From contig RHPI01001037.1 in NCBI GenBank assembly GCA_009103225.1, positions 1 to 64,000 on the forward strand: a DNA stretch of 64,000 nucleotides, read 5' to 3'. The translations under genes were made by a program, and so were the position numbers. Below are positions 49,425 to 61,519 of this stretch, piece after piece (within the stretch, counting starts at the first letter, position 1; each line of letters opens with the position of its first letter). A model generated the notes under the pieces. The model saw nothing but the letters and a program-made list of their open reading frames with translations, ran no database searches and was not told the origin of the DNA. Source of the DNA: Chlorokybus atmophyticus (taxonomy: Eukaryota > Plantae > Mesostigma and Chlorokybus algae).

Positions 49425-52400
49425 TCACTGCCACAACCTCCGTTGAGCTTTGCACTGAAGATTTGCTGGTGTAGCAAACTCCCGCGGCCTGCCCTTGTAC
49501 TCTTTTACAGTCGGGTCTTGTTCACAGCACCACCAAGAGCCCGAGAACAACTGCCGCATCCTGTCCTTGTACGTGGCGTCAATCTGCAGGTTGAAGTTGG
49601 TGAGACAAAGGAAGAGCCAAACTGCGCAGTGGCCGAGCGTGTAGCAGAGACAAGCTCAGCTTGGGATTTGTATCCCTAGGCTGGTCAACAGGTGGCCTCA
49701 ACAGTTTAAAAGGTCTTTCAGGTGCTCACCTGGTTATCTTCAAACCCGCAGAATGCATTGTTCATGCTACCGAACTGAAGCACTCGTGCATCGTCAAGCC
49801 CCGCAGTCTTGACAAACTCTGCCGCCTGAACATCGTTCATGATGCGCGGCCACTGCACGTTCCCTTTCTCCTGCCCTCCGTCCAAATGCGCTGGAGTTGA
49901 GGCCACCTGGGAAGTCCATGGCAACATCGAAGCATTATCATGTTGCTCAAAAAGGTTGTTTAGATGTGCAGTGTTCACGTCCACTCAGCACAATCAGACT
50001 TGCGATAGCAAACACAAGCGAAGCATAGCCTCTGACCTACACAGTCCACTATAACTGCCTGTGCGATGCTCTTACACCATGGCCTGCACCATACTCCATA
50101 CTCAGATCAATCACCTCAATGAAGCGCATCGACTCTTTCACAGCTTTTGACCGTGGGTTGTCCAGAAACCCTGTTTCCCTGAAGGGAATCTTGATGTTGA
50201 ACAGTCGCGAAGTGTCCAGAAGGTGGTCTAATGGGCAGGTAAAGGGCAGTTCCAAGTCTGAGTAGCCCATTCGGCACTCGGGCGTAACTATCGTCCAGTG
50301 CGTGTCGCAATAGCAGCGCAGCTTTGGGATAATCACTAACCTACCAAGGGCCTGGAAGCATGCAATATCAACGTGAGTACCGCTTCAGAACACGGATGGT
50401 GGATATACAACCTGTCAAATTCTGATAGCAACTGATTCAAGCACCTGTGCCAGGCCGAAAGCAGTGTGCAAGTCCTCGAAGTAGCGCTTCACAAGAGTCA
50501 TATGTTGCTCCACGAGGGGTTCAGAGTCAGCCAACCCTTCTGGACGAGTTGGCGCCATCCATGTGAGATACTTGCCGTTGTAGTATTCATCACCATCTGC
50601 AAGCCACAGCCCTGCTTCGCGAAAGCGATTGCGCTTCCCTGCAAGGCACATACGTGTTCAGCGCTTGTCGTACGCCAAGTCTGTTGGCAATGCTAGCGGC
50701 TTCATACCTGCGTAGCCCCCAAACTGGTATGTGGCATGTACGCAGTACACGGTGAGATTGAGCTGCTGCGGAATCTTTGCCACAAAGTACATGTGGCCGT
50801 GGGCGAACTGTGCCACTGGAAGCAGACCGAACTTCACAACATGTCCCCAAACTACAGCCCCCGGGTCCCTGCTTGCCATTAACGTGTTAGACGCTCATGC
50901 GTGCCGTGGTGACCAGCAGAAACTACAACCAACGCACATGCAGCGCACCTAATGGGCGTCGTGTCAACGGATCGCAGAGGCCAAAGCTCACGCGAATCCT
51001 TGCCTCGAATGAGCTGGTTCAAGACGCCTTGCTCTTGCATGTAGCCAACATGGCCCTCTTTCCTCAAGCTCTGAAGCCACTCCTCTGTACACTTGAGGTG
51101 AGTCTGAAATGGTTTGAGCAATAAACAACGCAGCTTGTCAGCATTGCGCAAAGTCACCTGCGAGTGTGATGCTCCTGTTTGTGCTCCTCCACAGCATGAT
51201 ACCAATATTGAACGAGCTGTGCCAGCCATCACCCTGCTGAAAGATTTTGTGCCCTGGGCAGTCCGTAGAGAGCTGAAGAGGAACAGATTAATCAGGCAAT
51301 TAATGAAGTTACAAGAGGAGTGCCACATAACCACGACAAAGCAACAACGCAACCATTGGTGCTCACCAGCACATCCGCTGCTTTGCGTGAGGGTGTCGAT
51401 TCAAAGAAAGGGAAGGGGTCTTTGAGCCAAACAACATCCACGTCGCTCATGAGCACATGGTATCCCTGAACAAGCAGCATCTTGAGCAGTGGCACTTGCG
51501 CACCGAAGCCAAAGGATTCAATGTTGTCCTGCGAACACAGAGGCTTGAGTATGGCGTGAACAACACATGGCAGGGCAATTATGGTCCCATGCCTATACCA
51601 ACGCACTCATGCAAGTGTCTGTGAACACCGTAAAGTGTCTGCATCAGCCATCATGGGACCAAACAAGTGTTTTGATACCTTCATGTGAAAGCACCGAGCA
51701 CCCTCGCGCTGGCAAATGGATGCCACAGTGTCATCCATGGCACCCACAACAAGCCGGTTGAGGATGCCTGAGTTGCGCGCGTGTGCAAGGAAGTTGCGAA
51801 GCATGTCCTCAAACCGTGCATCCGCAAAGGTCACGACAATCGCTGAGCCCCGTGCAAGGCCCTTCAGCGCATCTTCGAGACTCCCAACCGCCGGCTGCGT
51901 TGCAATAGCATCGCCTCCAGGCAGCAAGATAGTGTTTTGCAGCTTGTCTGCCTGTCGCTCCTTGGTTTCCTGTACTGCAATCCTGTGCACGAAAGCTCAG
52001 CAGCCATGCATGCGATGGTCTAGCTACCAAAGCTGTCGAGCTGAGCATTGAGCTTTCTTGTGAACCTCAAACACAACACGCACGGATAGCGCTGCAAGCT
52101 ACATGCTCTATGCCCTCGTGGACTATAAGTCGCTTACTCTGTTGTTGCTTGGCTGGCCTCGCCAGCTTTCTCCTCAGGTTCCGCGGTTTGTTGTTGCACA
52201 ACACCAGCCGTCTGCGTTTCGACCGGGTTCGCTGACTCGTCCGCTGTCTTGTCTGTCAACTCGTGTGCAGCGGATGGTACGATTATATTGTCACCTCCCT
52301 CAAGTAACTTCTCTTTGGTCACAAGAGACTTCTCAGCATTGACAGACGTGCCCTGAGGTTTCGCAAGCACACATAGCAGTCAAATGCCACGCTGATGAGT

Positions 52401-53140
52401 TGCCGCCATCCGAATCGTTGGCAAATTAACACCTCATGAACATACCAAAGTACCATGCGTCCAACATCAGTCTGGAAGCAAGTGCACCCTGGATGTATAA
52501 GCTGCATGCATTCACAAAGTACGCCATATGCATTACAGAAAGTTGTGACCACATAATGAGTGGATGGTGTTGCCATGAACACCACAGGGGTCACCTCGGC
52601 TGTCTTGGTGGCGAGCAAAGCAGCAAGGCTCTCGTGCATGCCTTGCAGCGTGCTCTCCATGCGCGAAATTCGGTACCCCATTGATGCGAGTTGGGCGCTG
52701 TGCTGGGCATGTGCAGCCTCCAATTCCTGCACACACAGAACATTGACAGTGTCATACTCAAACTCGCAACAGACATGACTGAATGGTAAGTAACTAGGCA
52801 GGGACGGTTTTACAGCGGCCACACTGCTCTGAACGGGACGACTTATGCAAAGCATCACCCATGCACTTACATCCATGCACTGTCTCACGAGTTTGCACAA
52901 TGGACAAGAGCAATGTGCAAGTTATTTACGATTGCATGCATGTCGATCAACTAAATCACGTACCTGAATGCGAGCGTTGGTGGGAACTTTGAGCGCGGAG
53001 GCATACTCGTAGCCTCGAGCAAGTAGAAACACAGCTATCAGCCCAAACAGAAGGACAAAGCACAGCTGGCGTACACGGAAACCCTTGCGAGGAGCAGCGG
53101 GCTGCATCCTTTCCTCACTGAACATTGGCGAGGCGTGCAT
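49425..53140 (-). CDS. GT77 nucleotide-diphospho-sugar transferase, XEG113-like arabinosyltransferase
   Basis: Type II TM anchor (QLCFVLLFGLIAVFLLA); IVVTFAD...NFLAH; LVVGAMD; MSDVDVVWLKDPF (DxD); LPVAQFAHGHMYF; VHATYQFGG; KRNRFREAGLW; FTCPLDH; WWCC near the C-terminus. Confidence 0.85.
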
Positions 53141-54179
53141 TGAAAACCCAGCACTATTCTGCTACTCATCTACCATTAGCACACCCTACTGCTATCGGGA
53201 AATTGTGCTGAACGATATTGTTTTTGAACATGCATGAGTCGCTTTTGAAACTGTGCTAAGCTACGCTGGACTGAGGAGTCTCAATGTCGCCTTCATTGCG
53301 AGCGTGCCCTCTCAACACCAACAACGAGTCCTGCAACGCAGCGAGTCACACTGACGTTCGCACAGGATGTACAAGCTCATTGTGTATCAAGTGCCAAATC
53401 TCCCACTGTATTGACCTCAAGTACTTGTGAGAGTGCATTCTTGACAACGTGTAACGACATGCCACAATAAGCAGTGCGATCATCACAGAGTTCAACTGTC
53501 ACTGAGCGAAAGACGCCGAGACAGAGTAGGTAGTTGAAGACGTTTACTGCGCGATATGATTATCTTGCATGCCGACAACGACTACCAATACCCAGGCACC
53601 CGCTGAGGCCCCGGGAACCAGCCTAACCAGCGCAAGCAATGCTAGCAGTTAGCAGCAGCCAGAACAACAGTGCATGGGTCAAAAAAGGCAAGAATTACGT
53701 CTTAATACTACTGAAAAGTTTTTGATTGGTAAGGCAAGTTGCACCGACTGACAACCTCAATCTCGCCGCTGGACACACCGCCAACACCGCTGCCGCTGCC
53801 GTCACGCAGGACAGTTACACCTGCAGGGTCGTCGACCACCGACAGTGGTCCCTGGTTGTCAGCGGCGGTATACAAAACTCAGCTGCGTCGACAGATTCTG
53901 CGTCGACAAAAAGTGCGTCGTCGGCGCATCTCGCCTGCCGACGATCTCTGATGAACAGGACCACGTGGACCGCATGTTTACCCGCATATATCTCCGACTG
54001 AGCGAAACCCTAATGCGTGCCGTTAGGGAGGCAGAGATTCTTCGCCGTCCCCGTTATATGATGCCAGGGAGGTACACTGTCACCTGTGCTTTCTGACAGA
54101 ACGGTCTCAAACGGTGTCTGAAAGGTGAAACAGCGATGCTGGGCAGTGCCCTGAACAACTGGGGTAGTTGCGGGACATC

Positions 54180-56852
54180 ATGGCGGCGGTGGCGGCGGCG
54201 GGTTCTGTGGCTCTGCGGGTGTCCTCCGTGTCCACATTGCGTCCGTCCAAGTCCAAGAAGCAGAAGGCAGGGTCGCGACAGCTACCCGTGAGAGCTTGCA
54301 AAGCAGAAGAGCCATGCTCAAGCCAAGGAGAGGTCAGTGCCGTGTGTGCTTAAGCTCCACGCAGGTGCATGACCATCAAGCTGAGCTGTTGCAAGCAGTC
54401 ACGTTGTGCTTGTCTCACTCTTGCTTCTGACGCTTAAGCGTCAATGTGGCAAGTTATCTTCAACTTTGTCATCCTGTCTTGCAGCCTGCGGGCGTCAGCA
54501 GGCGTGCTCTGTTCTCTGGGGCAGCAGCCTTGGCTGCAGCTGCATCAGTTGCAACTTCGCTGCCCGCAGAGGCGTCGCCTGCGTTTGCGCCCAACCAGGC
54601 CATTCCAGACCTTGGCGTGCTGATTGCAGGTGAGAGCATTACCTCACAGCCTCTCCCTCCCCTGTGCGCTTCTACGGCTGTCGTGACCCCGCAATGTCAT
54701 GTCAACGAAGCCTCAGCAATGTTCTGGCTTCTCTTGATGAAGTTCATTTGTCATGGCATCATGATTGAATCGGACTGCACATGGTGTCCCCGATAGACAC
54801 GTAAGCAATGCGGGTCAACGGTCGTTGCATTTTGTTTCAAGAGAGGGTTCCAAGCTCTTTCTTCTTTAATAATGATTGGTGCAACCTCTTCATTGTCTCT
54901 GTACGACAGCCTGATTCGTGCCTCTTGACATTGTGCATGTGCATGTGCATGTGCATGTGCATGTGCATGTGCATGTGCATGCAAGAAAGCCTAACACGCA
55001 TGCATGAGTTTGTCTGCAACTGGTATTGCCTTCATGTCACTGACGCATAAGCGCTTTGCATGGCTCTCTGGCAGGACTGTGTCCTTCATCCGTGGTGATA
55101 AGCTTGCTGCATGTCACAATTTGTTTAACATGGTTGCATTCTTGATCCTGGATATGTGCCTGTTGCAGGTGCGCCGCAGAAAGATGCACGAGCGCTCCTG
55201 CGGCTGGCATTGCCAATCACCAATAAACCCATTAGGGAGATTCAAGAAGAGTTGGAGTCAATCACAGAAAGCCTGAAAGGCGCCGGGATTGGCTTTGGCG
55301 GTGCTGACAGGGTACGAGACTTCCCACCAGCAGTTGCAAACAACAACGTTACTGCTTGAGGTGTTGTTGAACACTTGAAGGTGTCCAAAGTTGTTGTCTC
55401 TTTGTGCAGTCTGTCCGCAAGAGCTTGTCTCTTCTGAAGTCGGCTCGAAACACGATATTGGCTGACGTAGCACCTGCTAAGAAGAATGAGGCCAGCCAGT
55501 CGTTGGATGCTTTGACTCAGTCCTGTCAGAACCTGTTGAGCGTCCTTGAGACCAAGAACAAGGAAAAGGTGCTGGCGGCGCAAAACCAGGCGCTTTTAAT
55601 TGTCGGCAGGTTGGTGTTAAATGCATGCTTCTTGACAACCGGGGTGTGGTGATGCCTCTCAGTGCAACAACACTTTCAATGCTGGTTCCGTGTTGTTGTT
55701 GCCCGCAGCATTGAGGATGACATGGTCAAGGGAGCGCCATTTGAGGTGCCGCCTCAGTATGTCAATATGCCAATCTTGAAAGGACGGGCTACGATGGAGA
55801 TGGTCTTGAGGCTGAACTCGAATCCCGAGAACCCTGGTACAAAAGCCACGTTGACAATTATCGTGGACGGTTACAATGCACCCTTGACAGCTGGCAATTT
55901 TGTCGACCTTGTTGAAAAGCACTTTTATGACGGCATGGAGATTCAGCGCTGTAAGTGCCCTCGATCATTTATAAGCCGATGTTAACAACTGTTTCAATGC
56001 TTACACCGACACTTGTCTGGAACTGACACGCTCTTGGTTGGCAGCTGATGGCTTTGTGGTGCAAACTGGCAAGCCTGACGGAGATGCTGAAGGCTACGTA
56101 GACCCAAAGAGTGGCAGCATGAGGACCATACCCCTGGAGTTTGCGGTTCGTGGAGACAAGGAGTTGATCTACAGTGACACCTTGGAGGTACTTGTCATGC
56201 CCAATTTACGCATGCAGCTTGTAACTTTCAGCAGCAACACACCTGCATTGATTTTCTTCTGTAACCGAGACACACTGGTTGCAGGATCTTGGTAGATACA
56301 AAGCACAACCCATTCTGCCCTTCAACGCTTTTGGCACCATGGCTATGGCTCGGGAGGTACGGGTCGTTGCATTGGCATTGCACTCCAGTTGTTTACACTC
56401 AGCAGTGCGTCCTTGCTATTAACATGCATATGCATGCATCAGTACAAGCTTCTGATAGCTCGTTGGTTGCTGTGTTCACACAGGAGTTCAATAACGACTC
56501 TGCTTCTAGCCAATTCTTCTGGTTGCTCAAGGAGAGTGAATTGACACCAACGGGCGCTAACATCCTGGACGGAAGGTATTGACTAGCAAGAGTGCATTGT
56601 CGATAAGGCAGTTAACTTGCACACAATCACAGTGCGGCAATCAGAGTACTGCGTTGTGACTGTGTGCAATTGTCTCTGTCATCATGGGTCATCGCCTGTT
56701 CTGCATCTGACTTGTGTTGACTGTCTGCCAGGTATGCTGTCTTTGGTTATATTGTGGACAACGCTGACGTACTTGCAAGCGTGCGCGTTGGTGATGTCAT
56801 CGAAAGTGTGAAGGTACTTGATGGTGCAGAGAACCTCGTCAACAAGACTTGA
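54180..56852 (+). CDS. CYP38: Thylakoid lumen cyclophilin CYP38/TLP40-like
   Basis: Bipartite transit peptide; [13 protein letters not shown]; MPILKGRA; [28 protein letters not shown]; DGFVVQTG; [13 protein letters not shown]; [15 protein letters not shown]; LDGRYAVFGY. Confidence 0.92.
54932..54982. repeat. (TGTGCA)n microsatellite, about 8 units, in a CYP38 intron
   Basis: Direct reading of the sequence. Confidence 0.95.
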
Positions 56853-59405
56853 GCAGGTTGGTGTTGTCCAAGTGTGCGTCGTGTGTAGTGAAGTGGAGTA
56901 TGCTGCATGCTAATCACCGATGGAACAGATGCTATCCATAAACGGAGGGGAAGCGGGTAGTAGCACTGCACTGACGCAATATTTTTGATTGTACTCATAT
57001 CAATACCCCATCTGTTGTTGGTGAGGTACACCTTGTTTAACAACATTGTTCAGCTCCCTTGAGAGCTGCTTACGTTGGAATTGGAATGACAGAAGGACCG
57101 GTGCATCAACCTTGGGTAGTTGCAAATGCATGCAATCCACAAACATCTGGTCAGATTTATAGCTTGGTTGCTTCGTCCATGCAATGTGCACTTTAATGAT
57201 AATGCCATCACTCCAAGTTGAAAAACTCTTTTACGACATTACCCGCGAAAGAGTAGCGCAAGCACAGGCATTGATTGCCACTTGAGGTATGACATACTTG
57301 TGTTGGTCATTATCAAGGTTGTCTTCCACGTGAAGGGTTTAATACACACCAGGCTGAGAATCTCATGCAAGTATAATTACAATGTCAATACATCAAAAGT
57401 TGAGTACGTTACGACATAGCCATAAATGCATTGGTATCCCTTTCGCAACGACACTTTGAAATGAATTTGGGTATGGCGTCACAACCAACATAAAACTAAG
57501 TTAACTAACTTGCTGAATCACACTTTTAATTTTACTTTATCAATTCAAGTATGGTTATGAATCGAGTGTATATAAGGGGTATGGTACGGTGTGCATTGCG
57601 CGCATGTTATGCATTGTTCGTAACAATGTCCTCATCATTGTAAACATTAATGAAAAGTTTATTCAAACCGTTGTCAAATCGATGATAATAATATTATTCG
57701 ATGCTTACAAGTTCGTAAGCAACATCCTGCAGCCTACTACGATAAACAAGTGGAGGTAAGTGAGGCGATAGGAAGTGCGGGGAGCAGTGCATGAATGCCT
57801 GCATGGATGGCTGATACAGCATAGTTAAGCCTCACGTGCATGGTTTAGTGGTGCTGCATGAGGACAGAGTGTGCTGCAATGTGACTGCATTTATGGCCGT
57901 TGCTTCTTGACTTTGTGGCATTCGCACTTTGCTGTTCTAATGCCTGCAGCCATGACACAAGCGCTGCTACTATGGCTGTGCAGTTGTAAGTGCACAGGTA
58001 AGACCCAGGACCTTTCGCGGCGCAACTTCTGTTGGCAGTTGCGGGGTGGATGCTGCGGGGGGCAAGTTGTTGCTGTTGGTCGAAGCGTCCGTCCAATTAG
58101 TCTTGCCATCCTGACTGCTTAAGGCCGGACCTGACCTCTGCACCCTCTCCCTCTCCCTACGCTCTGCAAGTGGTGCTCACTGCTATCTCCCTCTCGCCCA
58201 TCCCTCACACTTGTTCGTTGCTGCTTGAGGGTCGTACTTAGTGTTGTGTCTAGTTACAATAGAGTATGCTACAACTCGGCCTTGGCCCCCAAAGATTTTG
58301 TATGCTTGTGCGGTGTGTTGCTTGTTCGAAATTGACCCTTTTTCCGCTTGAGTTGCTAGCTTGCAACTCTTATGATTGCTATGTTGTTGCTGTCGAACTT
58401 GACAGCTCGAGCTTCCACAATTCCAACATAAAACTTTAAATATTGACAACTTTAAATATTATGTCATATCTTATAACACATACATAGAGCTGCTTATCAA
58501 GTGCACGAATTTATACATGTGATGCACATAGTGTTTATGTGTGGATACCAAGTTTTGCTATAATTATACATGAAACTTTGTAAAACCATGTGATGTGACA
58601 ACATTAAGATCCATGTGCGTGTTATAGTATGCGTTCCTATACTTATCACTATCAAACTGCAGGTTGCGTTGGATTTAATACAATGCCCTTGAAATTTGTT
58701 GTTGTTCTACAAAGTATCATATTTCAAAGCTTTTATCTCAAAGTTAACATGCATTTCATAGTTTTGTGACTTTGTTGACCATGCCGTTGGTGTCGTAAAA
58801 CACGTTGCATGTGATGTCTTACCAGCATGTTAACACTGATACCAAAGAGGCCTTCGTAAAGAGTTTTGCATGACAGAATCCTGCGACACTCACCGGCAGG
58901 GTACCAGCAGCCGGAGTTTGACTCGTTTGAATTGGGCTTGGCAAGGTTGACCAACGCGCGACGAGTTTCGCTAACCGCAGTTAATGCGGATATCCGCCAG
59001 CCGCAGCGGTATCTGCATCGTTTCAGCGGCAGCAACGGGCGCAGCGCGACGATCTTGACGGGGACAACCTCAACCGCGGTTCAGTTTAACCGTTGTTTCG
59101 GAGTCACATCGCAAATGCCGCACTCCTGGGCTGGCTTAGGTGGGACAGCTGGCGGCCAGGCCACGGTGCCTGCGGAGGTGGCGGAGGCGGCAGTGGTGGA
59201 AGTGAGGAGCAGAGCCTCCTGGGGGCAACTGTGTGGCTTGCTTGTGGAAGCCGGCTTGAGGCGGTCGGCGAAGAGCAAGACGGTATTGGTTGTGCGTGCC
59301 AGGCATTGTGTTGAGCGAGGGTGGGCCCAGACAGCCAGACAGCCAGCCGGTCCGTAGCCTGAGCTACGCCGTGCTGCCGCCGACTTCGCCGCCGGGCGGG
59401 CTGCC

Positions 59406-61519
59406 ATGAGCGGCTACCTAGGCGACCTCAATCAAGCTCAGGATGATGCGCTCGTCACCTTTCGCAAGGTGGGAGTGGTTCATTTGGTTCACTGCACAAC
59501 ATCGGCTGCCTGCTTTGATTATGTTGGAGGTTGCTTAGGACAGCACAACGAACTGTATGTGCCAGTGCAGCTGCAAGAGTGCTTGCCAGAGTGTAAACGC
59601 CGTGGAATGAGCCAATTGCCTTGATTGCGGTGAAATGCCCAGCTCGGGCCGGTCTTGCCCCATGCCAACCTGCGCGCATTTGTGGCAGTCTTGCACCAGC
59701 CTGGTTGCTGAGTTGCCAGCTATGACGGAGCTCGGTCATATATGTAGACTGAATAGCTATGCGCTCAGACACGTGCACATTAGAGGAGCGCCACCTTTTG
59801 ATGTTAGACAATTATAGTAACTTGCACGGCAGTAGCGCCTGCTGTCCCGACAGTTGCGAGACTATCGTTGCTGATGTTCTACTATTGTATTCACGACACC
59901 ACAGCTCGTAGACGATTGCTGTGCTGGTTGATCAATCAGTTGTGGGCGCTCGGCGAGGGTCGTTGAAAGTACACGGGTTAGAGATTTTGCTGTTTGCAAG
60001 AAGCGCTTTAGCACAAGGCAAACGGCTGTCACTGCCTAGCAGGCTTGTGTGGAGGCGTTTTTGTGCAGTACAGCCAACACTGTTACATGAGCCATTCACA
60101 GCCAATCAAAAGACACTTGACAAAATCAAGTGCGGTCTGTAGGCAGTACTTTTATGCAACCGCCTGCGAGACCCACTGCAGTGCTGTTTACAGATTACCT
60201 GCAGCAGTATTGTAATGTACTGGATGCCTTTGACATGTTTCCTCCACAATGCCAACATTGGTTTCTTCTCTTCAGGTGTTGGGGCAAACCCTTGCTGGCA
60301 CAAAGACACCCGTCCCCGTTGATGTCGACCTCTTGCGCTTTCTGCGAGCGCGACAGTTTTCCCCAGAAAAAGCGCGTGACATGTACCTAGATATGCTTGC
60401 ATGGCGGAAAGCTTTTGGCGCAGATACAATACGGCAGGTGTGCATTATGACTCTTGTACTGCGGGTGTGATCAAGTGCGCACCAACTGTCCAGCTAGCGT
60501 GCTATGGCCACAGCTGGTATAACCCTGAATCTGTCGGCTGTTGCATCCAGGACTTTTCTTTCCCAGAACTGCCGCGGGTGAAGGAGGTTTACCAGCATGC
60601 ACATCATAAGATTGACAAGCAAGGTGGGCCCTTGACTGACCACATGTGCCAAGCACGCATGTCGTGCCTCCTCCTTGTGCCTAACTGTACGCTGCCCTCT
60701 ATTGCCTGCAGGGCGGCCTCTCTATATTGAACGTGTGGGAGTGTTGGACACCGACAAGTTGTTAGAGCTCACAACTATTGAGAGATTGCTGAAGTACCAC
60801 GTGCGGGAGTGGGAGAATCTCGTCAACCACAAGTTTCCCGCATGCAGCAAGAAGGCCGGCAAGTACATCGGCCAGTCCCTGACCATCATCGACTTGAAAG
60901 GCCTGGTGAGTGGTGGGACTGGATGCATGGGTGTGTTGCACTTGTATTGTGCCCATCTAGGCAGTATGATAATCTGTGGCAGCACCAAGCTGAACATTGT
61001 CTGTACTGCAGAGCATAAGACAGTTCAACACCAAAACCAAAAGTTTCGTGCAAACCATTTCCAACGTCGATCAGAACAATTATCCGGAGCACCTGGGGCA
61101 GATGCTGATTGTGAACGCCCCGCTCCTGTTCAAAGGGGTGTGGAAAGTCATCCAGCCATGGCTGGACAAGCGAACGCAAAAGAAAATACAGGTGCGCGTA
61201 GAAGCACATTGGCAGCGTCATTATGATGACGTACTTGTGTCCCATATGTACCAAGCCGGTGACAAATATCAACCACCAAAACCACTAAGGTCTTGAAGAG
61301 CGAGAACAGTGGAATTCAAGGTCTGTTCTGATTGTGCCATTGCAGGTGCTGGGGTCTGACTACCAGGGCAAATTGCTCGAGCTGGTGGATGCAGAAAATC
61401 TGCCAGACTTTCTCGGTGGGAAGTGCACATGTGCGGGCTCTGGAGGATGCATGTTCTCTGATGATGGTCCTTGGCAAGACTCACGATATGCGCAATGCGC
61501 ATCTGATGGCTCCAACTAG
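59406..61519 (+). CDS. SEC14/CRAL-TRIO lipid transfer protein, 6 exons
   Basis: LLRFLRARQF; DKQGRPLYIER; FPACSKKAG; TIIDLKG; DQNNYPEHLGQMLIVNAP; WLDKRTQKKIQVLG; LPDFLGGKC; SDDGPW. Confidence 0.93.
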
